64,000 bases of DNA from Microthyrium microscopicum (GCA_010405405.1 MU004238.1:817530-881529); one strand, 5' to 3'; numbered from the stretch's first letter, positions 51,121-63,786 are shown. The notes: generated by a model not told the origin, from the sequence alone. Made by a program: numbers and translations.

Positions 51121-51836
51121 ATGAATACTCAAAACTCCTCTGCCGTTGCCAGCAATGGCAACACCAACCCACCACCACCACCTCCACCTCCACCACCACA
51201 GCAGCAGCAGCAACCGCAGCAGAGTGGCCGCTGTGGCAATTGCCGCAGTCGGCAGCATGACCGGGCGAGCTGTCCCAGTAAGTGCCTTCCGTAAGATCAT
51301 ATATGTAAGCTGTAAGATTGACACTGTAATGTAGAGCCGCCTCAGCAACGCGGGCGACGAGGTGCGGCCTCGGCCGCTCAATTCAATACCTTGGCCCAGG
51401 TAAGCGGTGCCATCCAGGCGCGCTTGACGCAGGCTTTGCTGGCCATGCAAAATGTATGTAACTTTCTGCTTTGCTATTATGCTTAACTCATATCCTTGAC
51501 TAGGGTGGACGACGAGGAGGACGAGGACGAGGACGAGGAGGACGAGGAGGCGCCGCTGCTGCTGCAGCACCTACCCAGGCCGCTCCCCAGCAGCCTCTCC
51601 CCAACTTCAACGGGGCTGCCGGCGCTGGTGTAGGAGCGGGCGGCAGTGGTGCCGTGGTTTCTGCGGTTGTTGGTGTTGGGGGCGCGACTGGTCCTCCCGC
51701 CCAGCCTCAGCCAACTCAAACGGCTGCTGGCGTGGAGGCCAGTCGTGGCCCAATTGTTGTGCCAGTGCCTTCTGGCGATGCTGCGGCTGCTGCCAATACT
51801 GGCGCGGACGCCATGGATCAAACTGGCGGTGAATAA
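51121..51836 (+). CDS. Small low-complexity protein with a CCHC zinc knuckle and an RGG box, 3 exons
   Basis: MNTQNSS...P-tract...Q-tract...CGNCRSRQHDRASC (CX2CX4HX4C). Introns with GTAAGT (~51278) and GTATGT (~51454) donors. Exon 3 reads GGRRGGRGRGRGGRGG...MDQTGGE with stop at 51836. Confidence 0.7.
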
Positions 51837-54800
51837 GCATAGATATCTCAACAGCACATTATCATTACTGGCCATATCTTAATCAATACATCATTTGGCA
51901 TATGCCTTAACCACATTACTCTCTCATTCTACTTCCGACGTGACAATGCCTTTCATTCCACCTTCTAATATGATCATACCATCCCTTATATTTCCGTGAA
52001 CCCAGTGTCGTAAGGTGGTCGGGGGCCTATCCTGATCATCGAGGTGCTGCTCGCCTCCTGACACCATGCTCATCGCAGCGAAGTTATGGTTCAGCCCCTT
52101 CGTTGATGCAGACAGCTTGACAGCCTTGAAGATACTGTCCGCAAGGTTTGTCTAGCGTTCGAGTACTCATCGAGCATAAGATTCGAAAAACCGATGTCGT
52201 CCTTTGCAGTCCCTCACTCTCGCTAGCTGCACGTCCATCGACCTGCCATGTGACCTTGAGATATATTTGCCAAATCAGGCACTACGCGTTCAAGTATTAT
52301 CAGCACGACCTCGATGCTCCAAGGTATGAAACCCACCTTGAGCCAGGTCATGACCATGGACCTAGGCTTGCCAGTCGTGATAGTGAAGGATGAAGTGGTC
52401 AAGCATCGCCACTGTCTTCCTTAGATCACTGGTAGTTATTTCAGTCGCCTGGCGTTTGGGCAAATTAAGGTAGCGTAATTGTTCGCGGTAGTCTTTTCTG
52501 AACGCGTCTGGATCTACGTAGTTACTGTATTTTGGCATCGAAGCAGTTGCGTCGCTCAGACTGCCCTTTTGTCGTGACGGTCTCCAGTGCTGTAGCAGGT
52601 ATATCGTCATTGTCCATTGGAGCGTACGTGTCGGTTTCACTGCTGGAGACCTTGTTAAAAGATCGATGCGCCTGTATTCAATAGCACCATTCCTGAATTA
52701 TCTACCTTATTCCTGCCTACTCTCGTAAGGATAGGTTGTGGTTCAGCATCACTCGCTGGCTCGCCTTGAGAGGTGTGAGGTCGGAAGTTTCATGAAGAGA
52801 TCTTGTAACGCGTGTGGAAAGCTCGCGGGCTCTGTCGCTACAATCTGGGCAGATTTGCCAATTCGTTGGCAGGAAATATAGGATGGAGCAGACATTGCTG
52901 GAATTCTGCCGCAATTGCTCGCTGTCTGATGGTGTTGGCGTGCGGCCTCCCGATTAAAGTGATGTTTAGCCTCATGCTTTCGCAGGCTTCTGCGCGCAGC
53001 CCTCCAGGCTCCTGGCGACGAGCTCTTTGCTGGTGTTCTTTTCATGATCTCTTGGCTATCGTAGGACTCGTGGACGTCAAGTAGCAACAAGGCACCGGTC
53101 CTGCAGACTCGAATCAGTAGCTAACCAGCGAACGGAGTTGTGGTGCCCTTGAGAGTCTCATTGGTGATCATACGACATCTTCGCAATAAAAGTCATCACC
53201 ATCAACTTCTTGAGGCTGAGATTCCGCTATGTGTAGCTCTAGAGTAGTGACGAGCGCACTTTTGACGTTGACATGGCAACGGGGTTCCGAGTTTCCAGAC
53301 CATTGTCACCGCTTTCAAGAGCTATACATATCAACCATCCAAGCTGAATCTTCGACTCTCTTCCTTCCTACTCACTGAACAGCTCGTGTTATCAATAACG
53401 ATATTCCTTTCGCCGGTAGAGCAGTGCTCAAAGGATTCCCAGGATTCCGAGGGAGATCGGCAAGATCCTCTTAGCTCACAACATGCCTTCGAAAGCTTGA
53501 GTGCAAAACATTCTCAAACACAATAAGCCGCCGATACCGAGGTTCCATCCAGATCCAGATCCACGTCAATCTCTGTCTAGAGGTCTACTAGTCCGCGACA
53601 CGCTACTCCCTGAGTCTCTGCCAGGCCAAAGTCGGACAGCTGGAATAACCAAGGCTACATAATTACGCACATCCCATCGAGTAAGCGCACCCAGGTGGAA
53701 CATATCACGGAGATAGAAGGTCATGTACTAGAACGGTGAGCTAGACACGCGGCACGGGCAATAATGGTAAGAGGTGTTGGCAACCAGCACCAGGGCGCAA
53801 AAGAGACATTGGCACTTCAAGCGCTTTTGTCGGCCAAACCATAAGTCTGGAGAGAGGTCGTCCAGTCCTAACTGTACAATACCATTCAAGAGTCAGGATA
53901 AACTTATGGTGTTTGTGGTAATCGCCTGAAGAATTGAGACTAGTCGAGATATTCACAGCGTTAAGGCCACAAGACTTGGATTCCCCTTCATATCACTGCA
54001 GCCTGCGGCCGACAAGCACAAATACAGCAGCGATTGCCCACGTTGGAGAGACACGACACTGCGTACGAAGCGACATCACAATTCATCCTTGAATTCCGGT
54101 TCCCTTTGCTCGTTCCCTCGCTCTTGCATATATGATGTCACCAAGAATGTTATTGCAAAAGAACTACATTGCAACCTGTCCAGTACTACTTGAACAGGTA
54201 GCAGACAAAGATGAGATGAAATGAAGACTCAAACGACCTGGAAAGGTTTCCGGATGGAACCACAATGAATCTTTATGGCAGAAGTAAGGGCGACCTTGAA
54301 GCGATGAGTGCACCAACCACATTTCGCCCCATATCGCAAGATATTCGGCTTTGTGGTGGGAAGGCTTCACAATGGAAAGGCCCACTAGCACATCCAATAG
54401 CTTAAGCTACTCACTACCTGAACATGCGAACTTGATCTGCATACCGATAAGCCGATATGAATGGATTCAAATGAGATCTGACTGGATTCAAATGAGATCT
54501 GAATGGCGGAACGAGATGGAATCGCCAACTACATAGCAGCAAATAAAAATGATAATATCAAGTAGGCAGCAGAATCTTCAGCATTATACATTTTACTGCC
54601 TCTATCTTCTGTCTTATTGAAGAAACTACCAACATGCTCTGACACAGGACCGAATCTATATTCACGTCGAGTGACGTTGGTGTATGATATCCACCAGATT
54701 ACTCCAGCGGTTCTTCAACCTTCCGGGTAGATAACAGCTTTCCAGGCTCCTCGGCCTTTATACGTGTTCCATAGGCCAATATCAACGAGACGTGGTAATA

Positions 54801-55480
54801 ACGCTACAGAGTATACCGTATGATCTGCAGGGACTAGAGGCGGTCACCGCGAAAGATAAAATGCACCAGAAATCTTGATGCACCTTGAAGGCGAGCCAAC
54901 GGCCGTCATACCTACCTCCTCATTCCGGTGCTTTGGTTCCCATAGAAGACAGTGACTTGCTGAGAGCAGATCGAATGCAACGGTAGGTATCTTATCTTCT
55001 GTGTAGCAAGGCTTGTGGTAGCCATCACCTGTGATGGTACTTGTACATAGAGCGCCAGTCCTTCCACCGCCTGATCCGTTTGCAGCGGTCCATCGCTCAA
55101 GGGACTCAATTCTCCGTAGAGCCTCAGGGAAGGTACGGACAGGAAATGCCAGGGGGTACGGCCGATTTGTAGATCCGTACCACTTGAGTTGGAAGGCACG
55201 TGTGTTCAGAATGGAAGTCACGATAGGCCAACTCTGCATGAAATAGCGTCGCGCGCACTCATCCGGAAGGCACGCGTGTTTTCGCAAAGGAAGGCACGAT
55301 GGACCGAAGGCTGCCTCTATCGTGATAAAAACTTCGCTTCGCGTCGCGTCCGTCTCTTCTTCTTCCTTCTTCCATACATTGTGACCATACTGATCTCTGT
55401 GAAAGTCTCAGCGCGCGCTTCAAAAGCAACTTCCCAAGACTCAAACTCTTCTGTATATCTCTGTACCCCTGTACATCACA

Positions 55481-56812
55481 ATGTCTTTCCCTCTTGTTCC
55501 TACTACCTACCGGCAGAGCCTCCATGCCTGGATCGCAAAGGTATTCACTCCTGGTTTCCTAACCAACCCTCAGTTCACTACGGCGTTCGACTTTGTCGCA
55601 CTGGAGCAGGCGAAGCTCTCCTATGCGGATTTCGAAACGGTGGAGTTCTGGGAGGAGCAGGTGGACTCTGTCCTGCTCCCAGTGGTCAAGGTCTGGCTTG
55701 CCAGATCTAACCCTCCGTCCACTGCTGAGCTCTTTACATTGCCAGAGGTACGTGACACCAAAAACTGTGGTGTTTACATGGGTCTACTTACCCGACCAGG
55801 ACACTCCACTGGAGCCTACGGTGGATCCGCAACAGGCCCGTCTTTCGGTCTGACCTACCGCTGTGGGCAGCATGAAAGTCCGGCCTTCAGAGCGACCCCG
55901 AAAGAAGCGGGAAAGTTCTTCTATCGAATGATCAAGGCAGATCCGGCGAATCGCCTTGAGCCTTTTCGCATCTTAGCTAAGTATCGTGAATTTCAAACTG
56001 GAGATGGTGATATACTGCCAGTGACCATTATGAAACTCACACTTCTTCTAGCTGAGAACATGCTCATACGAGCATTCAACCTCCTTGATTCGGGCGCAAG
56101 CATCGTCAAAAAGGAGGCTTTCCCATTGTGGCCATGGGAGTCTCAGACTACTGACTACATCGGGCTCAACAGTGCTTGGCCGCTACAGGAATCGGCATCC
56201 TTTCCGTCCGGCTACATTGCTGCGACAACAGAGGAGAGACACAAAGCTGGTAATGATCGGCGCAGAGTAAGACTCGCGGTTGATGCCGCAGCTGCGAAGC
56301 ACCGAAAAGAGCATGACGCGCAGTATGAAAAGGATGTTCGCGGAACTGCAACCCTCTTGCGGAAATACGGTTTTGCTCATTTAGAGCAACAGTTCAGAGC
56401 TGACATGAAAGCACAGAAGGCTCACAAGCCAAAGTCCAATACTGTCAAGCGCGACATGATCATGGATGCGCTTGCTAATGACCCAGATGCGGACATCACC
56501 ACCATCGAAGTGCCAGAGTTTGTACTGCCACCTCTCACCCACCCATTGATTGATCGGATGAGAGCACTCGTCGCTGCAAAGACGCCTCCCGTCGTTGGTT
56601 GGGATGATATCCATGACAGACTCTGCAGTAATTGTGGACAATGGTTTGAAACCAGGTTTTGGTATAAAAAAGCAAATCACCAAAACAAGTGCACGCCGGA
56701 ACGGCCATGGCCGCCTTGCCAAACACCAGAGCACATAGCACGTCAGAAGCGACATGCGGATGCCGCTGCCAGCACTGGCGAACCAGTTGCCAAAAAGGCC
56801 AAGACGGGGTGA
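55481..56812 (+). CDS. GIY-YIG-like endonuclease domain protein with C-terminal Cys/His finger, intronless
   Basis: 443-aa ORF. CGVYMGLL...AYGGSAT...GLTYRCGQH...LLAENMLI fits the GIY/YIG/R/E layout. Finger CSNCGQWF...HQNKC and basic tail KKAK. Confidence 0.65.
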   Translation: MSFPLVPTTYRQSLHAWIAKVFTPGFLTNPQFTTAFDFVALEQAKLSYADFETVEFWEEQVDSVLLPVVKVWLARSNPPSTAELFTLPEVRDTKNCGVYMGLLTRPGHSTGAYGGSATGPSFGLTYRCGQHESPAFRATPKEAGKFFYRMIKADPANRLEPFRILAKYREFQTGDGDILPVTIMKLTLLLAENMLIRAFNLLDSGASIVKKEAFPLWPWESQTTDYIGLNSAWPLQESASFPSGYIAATTEERHKAGNDRRRVRLAVDAAAAKHRKEHDAQYEKDVRGTATLLRKYGFAHLEQQFRADMKAQKAHKPKSNTVKRDMIMDALANDPDADITTIEVPEFVLPPLTHPLIDRMRALVAAKTPPVVGWDDIHDRLCSNCGQWFETRFWYKKANHQNKCTPERPWPPCQTPEHIARQKRHADAAASTGEPVAKKAKTG

Positions 56813-59800
56813 TTCCCGTCTAGCCCATACGAAAGACAATCACGGTATTCCCTTCCATGCGTAAGCGGGTCGAGTTGATGTTGCCATTGTGATGAGTTGA
56901 TCGACGCCGGTGAAGCTGGGGTTAAAAACCCAGTGGAGGTACCCGTAAGAAGAGCTCGCATCTTGACGCGATTTACGGGCTTTGCATCCTGCTTCGGCAG
57001 GATGCGACTAAGCCGAGCTCATGTTTGTAGAAGGTAGCTGTACTGCACTAGGCAGGTCAACGTATTCAATCTTATGCCCTATTCCTTTATTTGCTGACGC
57101 TTCCCGTGATGTTTCTCCATTGACGTGACCCATTCCTGCTGCCGCTGCTGGTGAAAGGCAGCGACTCAAATGCAGCCAGTAGCAACTGCTGAAAATTCTG
57201 CGCTCGTAAGATCTGAATGAGACCATAAGCGCACACTTGCGACTAGTTTGATCCCCACGACGTTGACTGTTTCTAGTGCTATGCTCATTGGCAAGCGCTC
57301 CTTCTACTAGAGGCAGTGAGACAATGGAAGCAGTGCTGTGCTCCTATCGACTGGGTACGGTATTATCCATCTCTTCACCTTCAATAAGTGTATCCTCCTT
57401 GCCATAGGAAGTGTTCAGGTCTTTTTCATAGCCATGCGCACTCTCGTATTGCTCTTTGAATGAGGTAAAGTAGCTGTCGTTGCTGAGAGGAGGGCGCTGT
57501 TATCTCGTCATGTCATTTGTAGGCTAGAGGGTGATGAGGCACAGATGAAGTTGCGCGTGCTCTCATTATCCAAGATCTGGCGCACTACAGTGAGGAAGTA
57601 AGACCATAAAGTTGGAGGCTGTGTCTTTCACATGGCGTGAGAAAGTCCACGGATTCCGTGACTCACAGGTCGTGCGATGTATCCTTCTCGTCATGAATAT
57701 TTTCGCCAGGGCATCTAGTTAAATAGGCAAATCGTGTTGCATATGGATAATACGTGCCGCGAACTTGAGGATGGCAGCCAACAGTGCCCAAACGGTTCAC
57801 TGGTTCAAGCCCAGAGCCAACATGTCAATCTGAGTGCTCCAGTGAAGCAGTTCCCAAGACGCTTTGATTCAAACTGGACTCGAGATTCGAATCCTGGTCC
57901 AATCGGAGTCGGTCCTCGTCGTAGTTTTGTTTGTTGTAGAGGAACAAATTGTTCACGGCGTTCAAGATCAGTGGGACAGCGAAAGAGCAATGTCGCAGAC
58001 TGCCAGGTTGGACTCAGACGTGGTCTTGAGCATCAGTCCTTAAATTGCAGCCAAGCGATTGAAAGTTGTTGCGGCTTATGTCTCGAGATTCGTTTATCGC
58101 TTGTTGACGAGAAGAGTTGTTTAACCTCGTTCATGTTTGGGCGGTCACTTTCCACTAGTGGCTGTTTGGCTAACGAAGGGCGACCGCCGTGCTCGATGAC
58201 AGATCAGTTCTAGACTCATTGCAGATTTGTCTATTGACGAGGTATGTGTCGAATCATCAACTCGAGGTTCTGTGGGACGCGTCTTACAGTGATCGTCGTC
58301 GATCCATGGAACGCGCCAACAACACCCGAAGCAACAAGTGTAAAGACCTTAAAGATCCCGTAAGTTACATCGACCAAGTGGAAGGCAATGTTTTCTCATC
58401 CTAGGCGCCAACAAGGACCGCATGGGAAACTATGAGCGCATTAACAAAAGCGAACAAAGTCTGAGACAATAGGAAGTGGACAGCCACTACGTAAAGACTT
58501 CATCCTGCGGTTTAGACTAAGGAGAGATGCTCTACTGCACTTCCTACTCTACGGATGTGACCTCGGTCTGCTTCTTTGATAAATCGGATTGAGATCGTGT
58601 AACTTCGTGTCGCCCGTCAATGCTTTCCACGTCTTGTTTCAGCTGAATAGTGAATCGATGAAGCGCTTTCGAGCCGATAAGAAAATATGAGAGGAGGCCA
58701 TTCATGGAGGTAGGAATGGATTTGAGGGTTTGTCGTTGGCTGAAGTCGAAAATTTGCGGACAACGCTGACTGCTTGTTGTTTTTGATGTTTTTGATGGAT
58801 GGTGTATCTTAATGTGGCAGGTCTGCTGCTTCCTTGCCGCAAACTCGCGACTCAGCTCCAATATAGCTACTAAGAACTCAAATCGGAGGTCTTTTGCTAC
58901 CGAACGCAAAAAAATTCAGGTATCAAAAATGTGTTGTTGGTGAAACAGGTGTCAGTGACGTGGCGTGGTTGGGCGGTTGGGCGGTTGGGTGATTGCTCTC
59001 GATCGAGGTTACGCTCTGTATCTATATATTGTGGCTGAAAGTGGGACATTATCATTGCGTGTTATGTAATCGAATTTAACATTGAATATTAAATGTATAT
59101 CTCGAGCAAGTTTCCCCTTCTTGCCTGACTTGAACCTGATTGTGTTGCGGCCTCAGAACAGATACTGGTTCACAAAGCCTAGTAAGCTTTCGGGGCGCTT
59201 TGTAACCTTGGGGCCGCAAAGAGTAACAGCTGCTTAACAGAGGCGATAAAGAAAGCGAGTTCATACTAGTAGTTGTGAGCCTCAGGTTCTCGCCCCTATT
59301 TTGACACCTTTTGGCTCTCTATTTCCAAATGCTCTCTCGAATTTTGTTCCCACGAGATGACCTAAAACACCAGCAAAAGTCAGCCACGTCTTTGCTTGTT
59401 CACCAACAGTAAGAGTTCTGAATATCATCTTAATATTACGTCTGACATATATATCCGAGAATGGGGTAGTAGAAATCAGTTGAGCTTGATCACCTCTAAC
59501 GCCTCAATATCGTTTGAACTCTAGCATTTTTATCTCGCTACCAATTCTCGAGTTCTACCCTGTAAACTAGCTACGTAGTCTTGGTAGCACCCATGCGAGT
59601 GAATCCTTGCGTCATATGAGCTTTGGCATGGCCAGTTGGGCTCTTTGCCAGCTTCATCGAGTTGACTTTTTGTTGACTATGCTTTGGCTCACAAGTGTTG
59701 TATGCTCCAGATGACTGTGGTGTGACATTTTCTTCGTGGATGCCGAGTCAGATAATGATGACACCACAGTTGTTGTTCTCGAATGCCAGTGTGTTTGGTC

Positions 59801-60182
59801 GGACCGGAGGAAATCCAAGCAAAGGTTTCGCCTGCTTGGGATCAACACTGCTTGAGGATCTAATAGACGAATGGAGACAGCTAGTGGAGGGCGCGTGGTG
59901 TATGTGACGGAAGACAGCTGCTTGACGAAAAGATGGAGACTCTGTCTTGACTAAGCTTTCACCCAGATTCCCCTCCGCATTTCATCCCTCAAAAACGTAC
60001 AGCTTGGAGTTGCCGCTGGATTCCTTTCCACAAGTATAATCCGCGCCTTCAAGGAGGGACCAGGAACCCTCGACCTGCCGTGGTGCAGTGGCGAGCTTCG
60101 CGGGCTGCTCACGCGTCGATTGCGTAATTATTCTTGGCGGAAGAGATCGAGTCATAATGTCGATAGGATGGCGCTCAACGAA

Positions 60183-60712
60183 TTGCTTGGTGATGACATT
60201 GACAGAGTACTTCAGCCGGTCCTCCTCTAGGCACGTCCTCGTCTAGTTACGTCAGTCGCACAAGCACGTTAGGCCCAGGAAGTTGAGACAATGTGTCGAT
60301 CGCATGGCGCTCGACGAAGTTCTTGGTGATGACATTGACAAAGTACTTTAGCTCGACCTCGAGCTGCTCATTCGTTAATCGCGCCCAGAGCGGACACAAG
60401 ATGCTGAGGCAATTTGCTGATAGGACGACACTCAATGACCTGCTTGGTGATGACATTGACAAAGTACTTTAGCTCGACGTCGAGCTGCTCATTCGTTAAT
60501 CGCGCCCAGAGCGGACACAAGAAGCTGAGGCAATTTGCTGATAGGACGACACTCAATGACCTGCTTGGTGATGACATTGACAAAGTACTGGAGCGCGTGC
60601 TACTCTAGGTCTGTTAGTCAGGTAACCTTGTCGAACACAAGACGCTGAGACAATTTGCTGGTAAGACGGCGCTCAAAGAATTGTTTGGTGATGACATTGA
60701 CAAAGTACTTCA
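60183..60712 (-). repeat. Five-unit tandem array (periods 136/121/121/120 bp) of a dynamin GED-like coding fragment
   Basis: Core TTGGTGATGACATTGACA(A/G)AGTACT at 60187, 60323, 60444, 60565 and 60685. The minus strand encodes variants of KYFVNVITK..xERH. Confidence 0.8.
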
Positions 60713-60796
60713 ACTCCTCCTCATCAAGGCGAGGTCGAGGACTTTGTTATAATAGCTCACCTGACGCCATGAGAGGTATCAGGAGCGGGATCGAGT

Positions 60797-61142
60797 TCTT
60801 CCCAGGGACTGAAAGCCGGGTCTCTATCTGCCCAAGACACAATTGTACCGAGCTCGTCGGCGTAGCTTACCTATGAGGCCGCTTCAAAAGCTTGGTAACT
60901 CGTATGCCCGAAGTCGTTTGCGATGACATCAATAATTTTCGCAACCGGAAAGTTTGTCGGAGTCTTTGCTCTTCCCAGGGACTGAAAGCCGGGTCTCTAT
61001 CTGCCTAAGACACAATTGTACCGAGCTCGTCGGCGTAGCTTACCTGTGAGGCCGCTTCAAAAGCTTGGTAACTCGTATGCCCAAAGTCGTTTGCGATGAC
61101 ATCAATAATTTTCGCAACCAGAAAGTTTGTCCGAGTCTTTGC
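60797..61142. repeat. Two near-identical 173-bp tandem units
   Basis: CCCAGGGACTGAAAGCCGG at 60801 and 60974, colinear throughout. Confidence 0.9.
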
Positions 61143-61635
61143 GCCATTTAAGAGGGTGAGATTTATTTCGCTCCAGAATAGGGGATGTTCGAACAACGGA
61201 CGAGGAATCGAGCGAACTGCGCGCTTGAAGGCAGTCCAGTTTGTGGTGTCGATTTTGAAACTGTTGATGGGCTCGCCGAAGATATAGTGGCGAAATCGAT
61301 CCCTTTGCGCCGTTCAAGAGGGTGAGATTTATTTCGCTCCAGAATAGGGGATGTTCGAACAACGGACGAGGAATCGAGCGAACTGCGCGCTTGAAGGCAG
61401 TCCAGTTTGTGGTGTCGATTTTGAAACTGTTGATGGGCTCGCCGAAGATATAGTGGCGAAATCGATCCCTTTGCGCCGTTCAAGAGGGTGAGATTTATTT
61501 CGCTCCAGAATAGGGGATGTTCGAACAACGGACGAGGAATCGAGCGAACTGCGGGCTTGAAGGCAGTCCAGTTTGTTGTGTCGATTTTGAAACTGTTGAT
61601 GGGGTCGCCGAAGATATAGTGGCGAAATTGATCCC
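61138..61635. repeat. Three near-identical 166-bp tandem units
   Basis: GCGCC(A/G)TT(T/C)AAGAGGGTGAG at 61141, 61307 and 61473. Confidence 0.9.
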
Positions 61636-62556
61636 GAGATAGGCAGCATTAGTAGAGTATATGCCACCCTATCCGAGCCTTGATCGGGTTGGAGCAAGCT
61701 GTTCTCGTCAGCAAACTCAAGAAACTTATGTCAATGACGCGAACGCATATGCTGGCACCTGATCTCAGGAGGGGTCGTTCCATCTTCTTCCGTGGTTTCG
61801 GCCAATGTCAAAGTGTGGGACTAATCCACAGACTCGTCGCAGGTTTTTTTGTTGACGAGAAATAGCTGTTTGCCAAACGGTGTAATTTGACCTACATCGG
61901 TCGTGGAAACGATCTCGAGACTCGTTGCAAATTTGTTCGTTAACGAGCAAGAGCTGTTGCCAGATGAAGAGTGTTTGGCCCGCGTCGGTCTTAAAGCTCA
62001 CTGAGAGTCGCGGAGGTAGGGGAACGTCGATGTTATTGAGCTGCTTCTGTTGTTGCGGCAGTCCTTCCTGCTATCTGGATCGTGTGTTTCCTTTCGCAGC
62101 AGTCTCAACAAGTCCTATTATTGCGAAAGCGCTGGCGACTTTTCCCGGCGCCAAACTCGATCGTTTGCAGTAGTCTTGACACTTCGCAGCTTTTACAAAG
62201 AACCATTGCCTTCCTCAGCTATGCTCAATTTGGCATCTGTTCGCTTGCTCTTAACAACCTTGGCATTGTCTTTGGCTTCTTTTCTCCACATTTCAAGGCT
62301 CCTCAAAAGGTTTCCACGAGTTCTTCCTATCTTCTGCTCATATTTGGAATGAGCTTCTTGTTAGAATCGCCGATCTCCGTAGTAATGCTTCATTCGACAA
62401 CATCTTTCTCAGAATCCTGGTTTTGAGCATGTTCTCTACCTTGTTCGACGTTAGAGCAGCTCGTTACGAGAGAGCAAAGAATTAGACCAACATTTCAGTC
62501 GCTGTTTTTGACAAGGTGTGCTGTGCCCATACCACTGGAGGCATAGTCTGTTAACG

Positions 62557-62836
62557 TAGCAGTGGATTTCCATCAGAAGACCCGAAAAGCTGCGGACGTA
62601 GATTGTAGGTCTCGCAGCGGAGTTCCATTGGAAGACCCAGAAAGCTGCGGACGTAGATTGTAGATCTCGCAGCGTATTTCCATTGGAAGACCCAGAAAGC
62701 TGCNNNNNNNNNNAGATCTCGCAGCGTATTTCCATTGGAAGACCCAGAAAGCTGCGGACGTAAATTGTAGATCTCGCAGCGTATTTCCATTGGAAGACCC
62801 AGAAAGCTCCAGATATAGATTGTAGATCTCGCAGCG
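62557..62836 (-). repeat. 55-bp minisatellite encoding an F-box-like motif; contains an assembly gap
   Basis: Unit starts at 62607, 62662, (gap), 62714, 62769 and 62824. The minus strand reads SFLGLPMEIRCEIY in rotating frames. Confidence 0.85.
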
Positions 62837-63693
62837 GGCTTCCGGCTGAAGACAAGTAAGAGAAAGAACATATTTCAAGAAAAAGACAGACCTGAATGGT
62901 AACGAAGCTGTCGTGATAATGTTCGCTCAGATCGGGGAAACAATGCGGGGTGTTGTGACAGATACGGTAAATGGAAGCCGCGTTGCAAGGTGCACTACTT
63001 TTTTGGTGAGGAGGAAACTTCATGTTGAGTTCAATGTTGACCAGCTCAGCCTTGCAAGCTGCAGCGCAACTTGACCAATCATGTCGCACAAGGCTGAAAG
63101 TGCACATCGAAACCAACAATGTGATGGGCAACGGAAACTAAGTTTCCTTATTGAATCTTAAGACATATCAAACTATTGAATTCACAATCAAGTAACAGAT
63201 CCAAAAGTTTACCAGAGACAATCGTTCCTGGCGTATTGCTTACCTACTTGGTTGCTTGTGAGGAGTACCTGGGTGTCAGAATTCAACTAGGAAAGCTAGA
63301 CCCGGTCAGGCTGCCCTGAAAATACGGACGTTGCTAGATCTAGAAACTCTCAGTCGTTGACAGCTGAGAAGATGCTTCTCAAGGATCATTGACGTTTGGT
63401 TTCTTGGCGCCACTTACGCAGGTCTCAATTCGGCCATTATATACTTCAAATCATGAAGCGTCCTAAGTTGATGTATATGAATCTCCTTTCAGTATCATGC
63501 ATTCCCTGCCAGAAGCACAAGACGTTGCTCTTGCCTAATAACATTGCTGTCCTTATTCCCAAAGCAGGTGCTGAGCTTCGTCCGCGGTTCATTCCTCTTT
63601 AGGTATTTGAGATTGTTCAATTCAGGCAGTGGCTATCTTCTTCGCGTCGAGCAGAGTGACCTTCCTCTTTCCACCTGCCCCTCCTCCTCTACC

Positions 63694-63751
63694 CCTCCTC
63701 CTCCTCCTCTTCTTCTTCTTCTTCTTCTTCTTCTTCTTCTTCTTCGTCGTC
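63694..63751. repeat. (CCT)n/(CTT)n microsatellite
   Basis: Read directly from the sequence. Confidence 0.95.
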
Positions 63752-63786
63752 TTTTTCTTACTTTTTTCAAATTCAATTTCTTCTAA

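Noticed and set aside
52100..54400. Short ORF fragments on the minus strand (also 57500-58900)
   Set aside because: They are probably pseudogene remnants, but I could not build a gene model or recognise a domain with confidence.
54462..54502. 21-bp direct repeat TGGATTCAAATGAGATCTGA x2
   Set aside because: It is a simple local duplication with no associated element or function evident.
60183..60712. CRISPR-like array of conserved repeats with spacers
   Set aside because: The context is eukaryotic with no cas genes. The spacers are about 95-110 bp and homologous to each other, and the core encodes a protein motif.
61640..62000. Dynamin GTPase domain upstream of the GED-like repeats (GWHIL motif)
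   Set aside because: No G1, DLPG or TKPD motifs were found, and the frame continues into unrelated sequence with stops.
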